Below the pieces are notes generated by a model. That model was not told where the DNA came from. It searched no databases and worked only from the letters and a program-made list of their open reading frames with translations. A stretch of 55,073 nt of DNA, from the NCBI GenBank assembly GCA_049318685.1, contig JBMOFW010000001.1, forward strand, positions 1 to 55,073, written 5' to 3'. This stretch comes from Flavobacteriales bacterium. Its GTDB lineage: Bacteria; Bacteroidota; Bacteroidia; Flavobacteriales_D; Sanyastnellaceae. A program made the translations under genes and the position numbers. Positions 44,475 through 53,622 of the stretch are shown here, one piece after another (within the stretch, counting starts at the first letter, position 1; every line of letters begins with the position of its first letter).

Positions 44475-47400
44475 ATGAATACTCCTGTATTGGCTATTTG
44501 GGCATCCCTTGCCCTGATCTTTGCGTCGATCGCCGGTAAAAGTGCTTCAGTGATGCCGATGGCTCCCCCGCCGGCATGTTCTTTCAACTTGATTGACAAT
44601 TTCACAGATGGAAACTTTACCGCTTCTCCAGCATGGGTAGGTGAAACTACTCAATGGCAGATGGTAACCAACTCCGATGTGCCTGGCAACACCAGCAATG
44701 CGCGCACAATTCAAGTGAATCCCGGCAATAATGCGGGTGGTTCTTACTACGTGTCGACGGCAATTTCAGACTGGCAAACGCAACAAGAATGGGCCTTTTG
44801 GATGGGTCGCCGTTTTGCATTAAGTGCCACAAGCAACGTGGAAATTTGGTTGTATGCCAATGAGTCAAACCTCGAATCAACCACCGTCGATGGATATCGA
44901 CTAATGATTGGTGATGGCACATCAAATCACGAAATTAGATTACAACATATCGTTAATGGAGCGGTAGCTAGTACGGTCATCACTTCCAATCAAGCCATTA
45001 ACCAATCACGCAGTGACTTTGGACTTGCCTTTCGCGTCACACGAACTCAAGCCGGTGCTTGGGAACTTTTCATTTCGTCGATGCCAATAAGCAATGGGAC
45101 AGGAGCTGCCCCAAGCGCTGATCCTACCACACTCGCCACCATATCCGTTGGTACAGGTACCAACAACAGTTTAGTTCCTCTTGGTACCAACTACTTTGGA
45201 TTCAAAATAAATATGCCGAGCGGATTGTCGGCATCGAATCGCCGAACGACCGAGTTCGACCAAATATATTTCAAGCCCTGCCTACCTAACACTACCGTTC
45301 AATTTGCCTCAACAAGTGCCATTGCTAATGAAACAGATGGAAACATTACCATCCCAATTTCCATTACCAATCCACACCCTACATTAGCAACTACAGTTCA
45401 GGTAGCATTGACCTCGGGAAATGCAGCTGGTATCAATAACTACAGCACACAAACTGTTACTTTTCCTGCGGCTTCCGTTTCTAATCAGAATGTAACCATC
45501 AATATTACCAATAACGAATCCTGTGAGGTTGAGACAAACTACGGATTCACCTTGCAAAATGCTTCAGGAGGGTATGTGGCCATTTTAGGAACCCAAACCA
45601 CATCTGCATTGACCTTGAATGATGATGAATATCAATTCATGGAACTCGTAAATACGGGCTTCGAATCAGGCAGTATCAGCAACTGGTTTACCACCCCAGG
45701 CGATGCTTTTACCGCCTCTAATTCGGCACCTATTTCAGGCACCTATTCCATTCGACATCAAGACACCGGTCAGACCGCTACAGGTGCATGTTCTTCTTCA
45801 CTCGCCTATGATGGCGCGGGATTGGCCGGATCAGAAACCATTTGGAGATTCAATCTAAATCACTTTGGCGTTGAACCAAATACCTCCGACTATTTCATTA
45901 TTTGTTTGACCAATAACGACCCCAATATTGCATTCCAAGAAATCAACGGTTATGCTATTGGAGTGCGCCCAAGTCCTGCATACAATCAAGATTATGTAAC
46001 CCTTTGGCGAACAGAAGGTGATATTCTTTATTCTATTTTGACGACAACGTTGGATTGGGGTACAGCACAAACAAAAGTTGGTTTTCAAGTTACTCGCACT
46101 GCCGATGGCACGTGGTCTGTTGATCTTGACCTCGATGGTGATTTCAATAATTTAGTCAACTACGGATCAACAACGGATACCTACTGGGATCATTTGGGCT
46201 ATTTCGGACCCTTCTTCGTCTACAATACCTCTACAAAGGGTAAACTCAGTATGGATGATATTTCCATTACTCAGGAAAGCTGCAGATCTACTTATTATTC
46301 TCAAGGCACAGCCCATTCGGATGACGCCATTTGGGCGACAACACCAGTGGGTGCGCCAGGAACCGTTATTGGTGGGCCGTTTACCAATCTTGTCGTTCAA
46401 AATGGTCATACCATTACCATGACCAATAGCATGACCTGTCAAAACCTCGAAATTGAGGCGGGTGCCACGCTAATGGGGGGATCCGTTCGAACAACGATCA
46501 AAGGAGATTTGCTCGTTAACGGAACTTTCGATGGAGAATCTTCAACCATCCTATTAAAAGGAACAGAAAGTCAAACAATTTCCGGTTCCGGAACGGCTAC
46601 ATTCTTCAACCTAGAAAGTGAAAACAGTGCTGGAATTTCAACGACGATGCCGATTTCGTTGAAAGGTCAATTGCGCCCAAACGCCGGCACTTTCAATACA
46701 AATAACCAATTGACCTTGATCTCTACTTTGCAAGGAACCGGTTCTATCGGAACCATACAATCTGGGGCCGATGTCATTGGCCAAATAACAATGCAACGCT
46801 TCATCCCAACAGCGCCGCAGCATTGGGTATACATCAACAATCCAATGATCAATCAAACTGTACAAGATTGGAATGATGACATGATCACTTCAGGATTTCC
46901 GGGTTCTGACTACCCTTCTTATAATTTCAATAATATCTATTGGTATAATGAAAGTACGGCGGGTAGCAAAAACATGGGCTGGACAGGAGCAACGAATATC
47001 ACCGATGCAATTGACCCCATGAAAGGATTTATTGTCTACATGAACGCCAATGCGGTTACTTTAGACATGACCGGCGATTTCCAAAAAGGAACTGTAAATG
47101 TGCCGTTAACCTACAACGACATTGAACCAGGCAACGGCGTATACAATCCGGATGGATGGAACCTTGTTGGGAATATTTATCCATGTGCAATTGATTGGGA
47201 AGCAGTGCAAGCCGCGAGCACAACTTGGACTGGAAGTAACTCAACGTACTATGTATACAACGCTGCAGAAGCAAACTACAGAGCCTACAACGCATCGTCT
47301 CATGCCGGCACATCCAATAGATATATCGCAAGCAATCAGTCCTTTTTTGTGCAAGCACAGGGAACTGGACAATCTCTTACGTTCACTGAAAGTGTGAAGG

Positions 47401-48863
47401 CAACATCTAGCGCAGATTTCCAACGAAATCAAGAAGACGCCATGTTGGTCAGAATGAATCTAACTAAAGGTACAATGACAGATGAAGTATTGTTTGCTAT
47501 TGTAGATGAGGCAACGCTTGGTTTTGATGATCAATATGATGCTATCAAATGGGATAGCCCCGTGGCCACAGCACCTGAACTTGCCATCGTGATCAACGAT
47601 ACGACCAAAGCCAGCATCAACGCCATTCCGAGTTTCGAGGAGAATATCGAATTCCCTCTTTGGGTAGAAATGCCTTCAGCAGGTGACTACACATTCAGTA
47701 TTTCTGAAGTACTCAACTTGCCTTCAGGGGTATGTCTTACAGTACAAGACACACTAACCGGCGAAGTAATTCCTATGGCTCAAGGAGAAACCATCACATT
47801 GAACACTACTGCTGCCTACAGCGGAAACCGACTGATCATTCGGTTGAATGCTCCATTAAATGTGAGCACTCTTCCTACAAGCTGCAACGGAGGAAATGAT
47901 GGCAGCATACAATTTGAATCCGGCGTCAACGGCTGGATGATCACTGCGACAGACAATATGGAAAATGTTTATTATGCCAACGACGGCGTCATTCAAAACC
48001 TGCCAGCGGGAGATTATTTAGTCACTTACGAAAACAGCGAGGCTCTGTGCACAGCAACTACCTTGGGAGTAACTGTTTCGCAACCGGAAATCATTTCCGG
48101 AGCGGTAGAAACCACCACAGATTATTGCAATAGTGGCGCCTCCGGACGTATTGAAATGATTGTCGAGAATACAGATCACTTCGATTACACCATCGTAAAT
48201 TCAAACAACGAAATAGTTTTTGCAGGCTCGGCGAATGATGTGTATCACATGATTTCCGGTATCTCTGCTGACGAATACACCGTGAACATGCAAAGCGCCT
48301 GCTATTCACAATCATTCACTGTCAATCTTGTAGACAACAATGCAGTCGATCTAGAAATCTCATTGAACACACCATCGCTTCAGCTCGAATTGGGTCAGAC
48401 GGTAACGATTTCTGCGAATGCCAATTCTGCACAAACGGTAACCTACGAATGGACTGTGAATGGTTTCGATGGAGGTGATCAAAATTTCCTTGAGTTTGTT
48501 GTTAACAATCCAGGGACCTATGAAATTGTTTGTATCGCTGATAATGGTTCATGCTCTGATATCGCCACGGCCACTGCCTATGTCGAGTCGACTGTCAATA
48601 TCGAAGAAGAATTGGGCAATGATCCACATGCGGTTATTACTCGAATGGGCAATGCTTTGATGATCTCATTTGAAAACGCTAGTGCATCGAAAGCAACCAT
48701 TTCCTTGTACAATTCCTCCGGGGCATTGGTAATGCGTATGAGCGGAAACGCGGATCAAGGACAAGTGAGAACCATTGACATGAATAGTCTTGCAACTGGT
48801 GTATACACGATTGATGTTCAACAAGACAATAAAATATTGGCCCGCCAACAAATTTTCAAGTAG
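44475..48863 (+). CDS. Giant T9SS cargo protein, paralog 3
   Basis: ORF 44448 (TTG)..48863 trimmed to the ATG at 44475 (MNTPVLAIWASLALIFASIAG signal). 1462 aa. TDGNFTASPAWVG...QQEWAFWMGRR module. Calx-beta-like segment. The shared core with WNDDMITSGFPGSDYPSYNFNNIYWYNE (46869-46952). SprB-repeat-like (SCNGGNDGSI) and PKD-like segments. Sorting domain (ISLYNSSGALV...GVYTIDVQQDNKILARQQIFK). Confidence 0.88.
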   Translation: MNTPVLAIWASLALIFASIAGKSASVMPMAPPPACSFNLIDNFTDGNFTASPAWVGETTQWQMVTNSDVPGNTSNARTIQVNPGNNAGGSYYVSTAISDWQTQQEWAFWMGRRFALSATSNVEIWLYANESNLESTTVDGYRLMIGDGTSNHEIRLQHIVNGAVASTVITSNQAINQSRSDFGLAFRVTRTQAGAWELFISSMPISNGTGAAPSADPTTLATISVGTGTNNSLVPLGTNYFGFKINMPSGLSASNRRTTEFDQIYFKPCLPNTTVQFASTSAIANETDGNITIPISITNPHPTLATTVQVALTSGNAAGINNYSTQTVTFPAASVSNQNVTINITNNESCEVETNYGFTLQNASGGYVAILGTQTTSALTLNDDEYQFMELVNTGFESGSISNWFTTPGDAFTASNSAPISGTYSIRHQDTGQTATGACSSSLAYDGAGLAGSETIWRFNLNHFGVEPNTSDYFIICLTNNDPNIAFQEINGYAIGVRPSPAYNQDYVTLWRTEGDILYSILTTTLDWGTAQTKVGFQVTRTADGTWSVDLDLDGDFNNLVNYGSTTDTYWDHLGYFGPFFVYNTSTKGKLSMDDISITQESCRSTYYSQGTAHSDDAIWATTPVGAPGTVIGGPFTNLVVQNGHTITMTNSMTCQNLEIEAGATLMGGSVRTTIKGDLLVNGTFDGESSTILLKGTESQTISGSGTATFFNLESENSAGISTTMPISLKGQLRPNAGTFNTNNQLTLISTLQGTGSIGTIQSGADVIGQITMQRFIPTAPQHWVYINNPMINQTVQDWNDDMITSGFPGSDYPSYNFNNIYWYNESTAGSKNMGWTGATNITDAIDPMKGFIVYMNANAVTLDMTGDFQKGTVNVPLTYNDIEPGNGVYNPDGWNLVGNIYPCAIDWEAVQAASTTWTGSNSTYYVYNAAEANYRAYNASSHAGTSNRYIASNQSFFVQAQGTGQSLTFTESVKATSSADFQRNQEDAMLVRMNLTKGTMTDEVLFAIVDEATLGFDDQYDAIKWDSPVATAPELAIVINDTTKASINAIPSFEENIEFPLWVEMPSAGDYTFSISEVLNLPSGVCLTVQDTLTGEVIPMAQGETITLNTTAAYSGNRLIIRLNAPLNVSTLPTSCNGGNDGSIQFESGVNGWMITATDNMENVYYANDGVIQNLPAGDYLVTYENSEALCTATTLGVTVSQPEIISGAVETTTDYCNSGASGRIEMIVENTDHFDYTIVNSNNEIVFAGSANDVYHMISGISADEYTVNMQSACYSQSFTVNLVDNNAVDLEISLNTPSLQLELGQTVTISANANSAQTVTYEWTVNGFDGGDQNFLEFVVNNPGTYEIVCIADNGSCSDIATATAYVESTVNIEEELGNDPHAVITRMGNALMISFENASASKATISLYNSSGALVMRMSGNADQGQVRTIDMNSLATGVYTIDVQQDNKILARQQIFK

Positions 48864-48889
48864 TAGTTTTTTCTTGGGTAAAAAAGAAA

Positions 48890-48919
48890 GCGCCTTCTCC
48901 TTAAATGGAGGGGCGTTTT
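48890..48919 (+). terminator. Candidate intrinsic terminator after paralog 3
   Basis: GCGCCTTCTCC / TTAAAT / GGAGGGGCG (G:U pairs and one bulge) followed by TTTT. Confidence 0.5.
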
Positions 48920-48955
48920 CTGTTTTATGTATCTTTAGCATCCATTTTGACACGC

Positions 48956-51139
48956 ATGAAGAAAATTCTGTTACCCATAATTGCCTTAGCCCTGATGTCT
49001 ATATCGTGGGATATTAATGGCCAAACTATCCAAAGAAAAACAAGACGAGAAATGTCAACACCTCCACAAGCAAAGAAAATCCCGCATGAACTCACTGAGC
49101 ACGGTCAAACGCGCATTGACAATTATTACTGGATGCGATTGAGCGACGAACAAAAAAATGCTCCTGCCGAAAAAAGAGATCAACAAACCCAAGATGTTCT
49201 CAATTACCTAGAACAAGAAAACACATACACCAAAAATATGTCTGTGGGAATGAATAAGTTTCAAAACAGCTTGTTCGAGGAAATGAAAGCACGGATAAAG
49301 GAAACCGATCAAAGTGTACCCATTAAAGACAATGGATATTGGTATTATTCGCGATTTGAAGCCGGTCAAGACTATGCTCTGAATTGTAGAAAAAAAGAAT
49401 CTATGACATCAGGTGAAGAAGAAATTCTCATCAATGGTCCCGAGCTTGCTAAAGGTCATGATTACTGGGCATTAGCCTCGTATGACGTAAGTGAAGACAA
49501 TAAAATTTTGGCCTATGGCACCGACATTATTAGCCGTCGTATTTACACTATTCAATTCAAAAATCTCGAAACAGGTAAACTCCTGAACGATGTACTTGAA
49601 GGAACAACAGGATCTGTCGCCTGGGCGAATGATAATAAAACAGTTTTTTACACTAAAAAAGATCCGGGAACACTCCGTGAGTATCAAATTTGGCGTCACG
49701 AACTGGGCACAACGCAAGATTCCGATGTTCTCGTATTCGAAGAAAAAGATGAAGAATTTCATTGTTTCGTTTACAAAACAAAAAGTAAAGAATACATTGT
49801 CATTGGAAGTTCGCAGACGCAGTCATCTGAATATCGCGTTCTTTCTGCAAACAAACCTGCAGGAGAATTTAAAATCATCACGCCGAGAGAGCGAGATTTA
49901 GAATATGGCCTAGATCACTACGGCGATAAATTTTACATTGTCACCAACTACAACGCGAAAAACTTCCGTTTGATGACTACATCGGTCGATCGTACTGAAA
50001 AGAAAAATTGGAAAGAGCTTCTTCCTCACCGCGCTGATGTTTTGCTAGAAGGCATCAGTATTTTCTCAGAATTCATGGTGGTTGATGAACGGTCTAAAGG
50101 GTTGACCCAATTGCGTGTAATGGCTTGGGATGGAAGCTATGACTATTATATTCCTTTCCAGGATCCGGCATATGCTGCTGGTATGGGAGCCAATCCAGAA
50201 TTCGACACTAAAACTATTCGGTATTCCTATTCCTCAATGACCACTCCATCGAGTACATATGATTTCAACATTGGGAGCCGTGAAAAAACTTTGCTAAAAC
50301 AGGCCGAAGTGGTTGGAGGGTATAATCCGGAAGACTACATAAGTGAGCGTATTTATGCCACTGCAGCAGACGGAACTCAAATTCCTATTAGTTTGGTCTA
50401 TAAAAAAGGGTTCGTCCGAGATCATTCCTCACCTCTGTTGCTTTATGCTTACGGTAGCTATGGATATTCGATAGACGCCACATTCAGCAGTACACGTCTT
50501 TCATTACTCAACCGTGGTTTTGTATTTGCCATTGCGCACATTCGCGGAGGGCAGGAAATGGGTCGTGAGTGGTATGAAAATGGAAAACTACTCAACAAGA
50601 AAAACACGTTTACTGACTTTATCGACTGTGGTAAATTTCTAGTTAAAGAAAAGTACACTGGATACGACCGTTTGTTTGCCATGGGCGGAAGTGCTGGAGG
50701 TCTCCTTATGGGTGCAGTGACCAATATGGCTCCTGAAATGTGGAAAGGAATTGTATCAGCGGTGCCATTTGTTGATGTCGTGACCACCATGCTCGACGAA
50801 ACTATTCCGCTCACCACGTTTGAATTCGACGAATGGGGCAATCCGAAGGATAAGAAATACTACGACTATATGTTGTCTTATTCTCCTTATGACAATATTG
50901 AAAAAAAGAACTATCCCAACATATTAGTCACAACAGGATATTGGGACAGTCAAGTTCAATATTGGGAGCCCGCTAAATACGTGGCTAAAATGCGTGAAAT
51001 GAAGACAGATCAAAACATCCTGTTGCTGCACACCAATATGGATGCAGGCCATGGAGGTAAAAGTGGTCGTTTTGAATATCTTAAAGAAATTGCGCTTGAA
51101 TACGCATTCATATTAAATCTGGCTGGAATTACAGAATAA
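48956..51139 (+). CDS. ptrB: Oligopeptidase B / S9A prolyl-oligopeptidase-family serine peptidase
   Basis: ORF 48905..51139 trimmed to MKKILLPIIALALMSISW (signal peptide; the ATG at 48905 lies inside the terminator hairpin). HGQTRIDNYYWMR N-terminal motif. Catalytic GGSAGGLL. C-terminal DAGHGG. Confidence 0.88.
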   Translation: MKKILLPIIALALMSISWDINGQTIQRKTRREMSTPPQAKKIPHELTEHGQTRIDNYYWMRLSDEQKNAPAEKRDQQTQDVLNYLEQENTYTKNMSVGMNKFQNSLFEEMKARIKETDQSVPIKDNGYWYYSRFEAGQDYALNCRKKESMTSGEEEILINGPELAKGHDYWALASYDVSEDNKILAYGTDIISRRIYTIQFKNLETGKLLNDVLEGTTGSVAWANDNKTVFYTKKDPGTLREYQIWRHELGTTQDSDVLVFEEKDEEFHCFVYKTKSKEYIVIGSSQTQSSEYRVLSANKPAGEFKIITPRERDLEYGLDHYGDKFYIVTNYNAKNFRLMTTSVDRTEKKNWKELLPHRADVLLEGISIFSEFMVVDERSKGLTQLRVMAWDGSYDYYIPFQDPAYAAGMGANPEFDTKTIRYSYSSMTTPSSTYDFNIGSREKTLLKQAEVVGGYNPEDYISERIYATAADGTQIPISLVYKKGFVRDHSSPLLLYAYGSYGYSIDATFSSTRLSLLNRGFVFAIAHIRGGQEMGREWYENGKLLNKKNTFTDFIDCGKFLVKEKYTGYDRLFAMGGSAGGLLMGAVTNMAPEMWKGIVSAVPFVDVVTTMLDETIPLTTFEFDEWGNPKDKKYYDYMLSYSPYDNIEKKNYPNILVTTGYWDSQVQYWEPAKYVAKMREMKTDQNILLLHTNMDAGHGGKSGRFEYLKEIALEYAFILNLAGITE

Positions 51140-51758
51140 TTCTAGCAACAATTTGCTCCAACTCATGGCCGGGCTTTAGGTGTTCCACTTGAAGCCCGGC
51201 TTTTTTTGCGCCTTCAACATGCTGAATCGAATCATCGATAAACAATGTTTCCGAAGGATCAAGCTGATGCCATTCACAGACTTGTAAGAAAGTTTCTGGG
51301 TAGGGCTTTTTGATGCCTATTTCATTTGAATAATATACCTTTTCAAAATGACTCTTGAAAAGTTCAAGACCATATCCGGTCTCAATCATTTTCTCAAACT
51401 CGGCTACATGTATAGCATTGGTATTGCTCAAGAGAAAGGTCCGCATTCCTAATTCCTTCACACGCTTTACTAGGAGCACTTTCTCTGGAAGAATACGTGT
51501 CAAAATACTGTTCCATGCTTGTTCTACTTGACCCCGTGTAGCTGAAGGACAATAACTATGAATCGTATTGTAAAATTCTTCATTCGAAATTTTTCCGGTC
51601 TCTAAGCGATCAAACAAATCTGTTTGACTCGCTTGCGTATACATTTCATCAAAGTTTTCGAATCCTATTTTTTTGAATTCACGCACAGGAGCGTGATAGT
51701 CAATTTCAAACAAGACACCTCCAAAGTCGAAGATGACATTGCGAACTTGTTTACTCAT
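51129..51758 (-). CDS. HAD-superfamily hydrolase (subfamily IA, YihX-like)
   Basis: 209 aa. Motif I VIFDFGGVL, motif II LLSNTN, motif IV FIDDS. Its 3' end overlaps the ptrB 3' end by 11 nt. Confidence 0.8.
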   Translation of the reverse strand: MSKQVRNVIFDFGGVLFEIDYHAPVREFKKIGFENFDEMYTQASQTDLFDRLETGKISNEEFYNTIHSYCPSATRGQVEQAWNSILTRILPEKVLLVKRVKELGMRTFLLSNTNAIHVAEFEKMIETGYGLELFKSHFEKVYYSNEIGIKKPYPETFLQVCEWHQLDPSETLFIDDSIQHVEGAKKAGLQVEHLKPGHELEQIVARIIL

Positions 51759-51763
51759 AAAAC

Positions 51764-52840
51764 TTATTTGATTTTTTTTATCCAGGCACCCTTGCCTTCT
51801 TTTGATTTGATCTCCGCTAATGCTCGGCGCGCTTCTGATTCAGTACTAAACGAGCCATAGGCCACCAAATGGAGCGGACCTTTTTTACCGGCCATAAAAG
51901 CGCTATAGCCTTTTGACTCAAGTTCATTGACCAAGTTGGTCGCGTTTGACTCAATAGCAAAAGCACCACCAATTATGTGATACGTTCCTTGACGCATTTC
52001 TTTTGGAGCGGGTATTGCGGCCGTACTTGTACTATCGACAGGAGCAATGCGTTGTTTATCTACTTCCACACGAACACCCGTTGAACTTTCTTTTGCTTCT
52101 ACAAAATCATACAAAATAACATCACCGCTACTTTGCTCCACTAGTTGCTTCAAAGCGTTCATGGATGAATCCACATTTACCTCTACACCATTAGAAACCA
52201 CCATACGATAAGGCGCATCAATGCGCTCTGTTTGAAAAGGATTCAACGAGGTAAAATTGATATGATCTCCACCAATACGGCCACCCAACAAAAACGCGCT
52301 AGCAATAGCGATTGGAGTAATAATCGCCGCTGCAATTTTCCATGGTTGGATGCGCGAGGTATTCATTACGATGGGTGCAGGCGCAGCTTCAAGATTCTGC
52401 TCGGTCTCTGGTTCAATTGGCGCTTCGGCCGCAATTGGTCGAAGTTGAATCGATGTTAATCCATATGAAGCGATCAAGAAGTTTTCTTGATCTTCGGGTA
52501 TAAATTGTAATGATCCAGAGCGATCATTGAAAAAAATTCCAATCTTATCCCAAACCAAACGTCCGTTTCCTTGGAGTTGATTTTTGATAGCAACGACTTC
52601 TCTCTGCACTAAATCCGATGCTTCGCGATAGGAAATCCCCATGACCACCGCCATGTGATTGGCAAGCAAACCATCATTTTGAATCAAATTGCGATTGAAG
52701 CCCACATGCTTCGATGGTGGATGCACAATATGCGTGAGCTTATTCAATCGTGCAGAACGATAATTGGCCACCAATCCACCAAATCCGGGGATGATTACAC
52801 AATCGTGCTCGTACAACAATTCAGATATGAATTTCTCCAT
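51764..52840 (-). CDS. HU-CCDC81-like + SPOR domain protein
   Basis: ORF 51764..52861, with a start at 52840 (MEKFISELLYEHDCVIIPGFGGLVANY) or 52846. One TM segment. C-terminal SPOR-like domain (YHIIGGAFAIESNATNLVNELESKGYSAF...AWIKK). Confidence 0.75.
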   Translation of the reverse strand: MEKFISELLYEHDCVIIPGFGGLVANYRSARLNKLTHIVHPPSKHVGFNRNLIQNDGLLANHMAVVMGISYREASDLVQREVVAIKNQLQGNGRLVWDKIGIFFNDRSGSLQFIPEDQENFLIASYGLTSIQLRPIAAEAPIEPETEQNLEAAPAPIVMNTSRIQPWKIAAAIITPIAIASAFLLGGRIGGDHINFTSLNPFQTERIDAPYRMVVSNGVEVNVDSSMNALKQLVEQSSGDVILYDFVEAKESSTGVRVEVDKQRIAPVDSTSTAAIPAPKEMRQGTYHIIGGAFAIESNATNLVNELESKGYSAFMAGKKGPLHLVAYGSFSTESEARRALAEIKSKEGKGAWIKKIK

Positions 52841-52878
52841 GCGCATGCTGCGAAGATACAACGCTTTGTTTGTAAGTC

Positions 52879-53622
52879 CTAGGCCAAACCCGACTTCAAC
52901 AATTTGTCCAAGTCGGCCTGGGTGTCAATGGCCGGTGTTTCCCAATGAGTTATACCCACTTTAATCCGTAAACCATTTTGTAACCATCGCAATTGCTCCA
53001 ATGACTCGGCTTTTTCCATAGAACTCATGGGCATTCCGCAAATTTTTTCTAGAATGGCTGACTTATAAGCATATATCCCTAAATGCTTATAAAACGGGTG
53101 CGTATTGAGCCATTGGTCCATGGGTAAGTCCTTTACAAAAGGGATCGCTTGACGGCTGAAATACATGGCATTGCCGAGCTCATCCGCCACTAACTTCACT
53201 TTATTGGGGTCGCTCAACCAACTCGGATCCTCAATTTGAACACACAACGTGGCAATATCACTTTCCGCTCGACTAATCAATCCGGCCAACTGGTCAATTT
53301 GCTCAGGCTTGATGTAAGGTTCGTCCCCCTGAATATTAATTATCGCGTCTGCATCTTTTCCCCAAACATTCAATGCCTCGAGGCAGCGATCAGTGCCGCT
53401 GGGATGATGACTTGAGGTCATTACCACGTTCTTTCCGGCGGCACGAACAACATTGGCAATCCGCTCGTCATCCGTGGCCACGACCACTGCACTAAGTGTT
53501 TTGGCCTTTTCAGCTTGTTCCACAACCCTCAAAATCATTGGCAATCCAAAAATATCCGCGAGAGGTTTTCCCGGAAATCGTGTGCTTCCAAAGCGAGCGG
53601 GTATAATGCCTACTATTTTCAT
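52879..53622 (-). CDS. kdsB: 3-deoxy-manno-octulosonate cytidylyltransferase
   Basis: 247 aa. MKIVGIIPARFGSTRFPGKPL and NIQGDEP motifs. Confidence 0.93.
   Translation of the reverse strand: MKIVGIIPARFGSTRFPGKPLADIFGLPMILRVVEQAEKAKTLSAVVVATDDERIANVVRAAGKNVVMTSSHHPSGTDRCLEALNVWGKDADAIINIQGDEPYIKPEQIDQLAGLISRAESDIATLCVQIEDPSWLSDPNKVKLVADELGNAMYFSRQAIPFVKDLPMDQWLNTHPFYKHLGIYAYKSAILEKICGMPMSSMEKAESLEQLRWLQNGLRIKVGITHWETPAIDTQADLDKLLKSGLA

Noticed and set aside
48905-48955. Upstream ATG (48905) as the start of the oligopeptidase B gene
   Set aside because: That ATG lies inside the terminator hairpin of the preceding gene. The ATG at 48956 opens a typical signal peptide.
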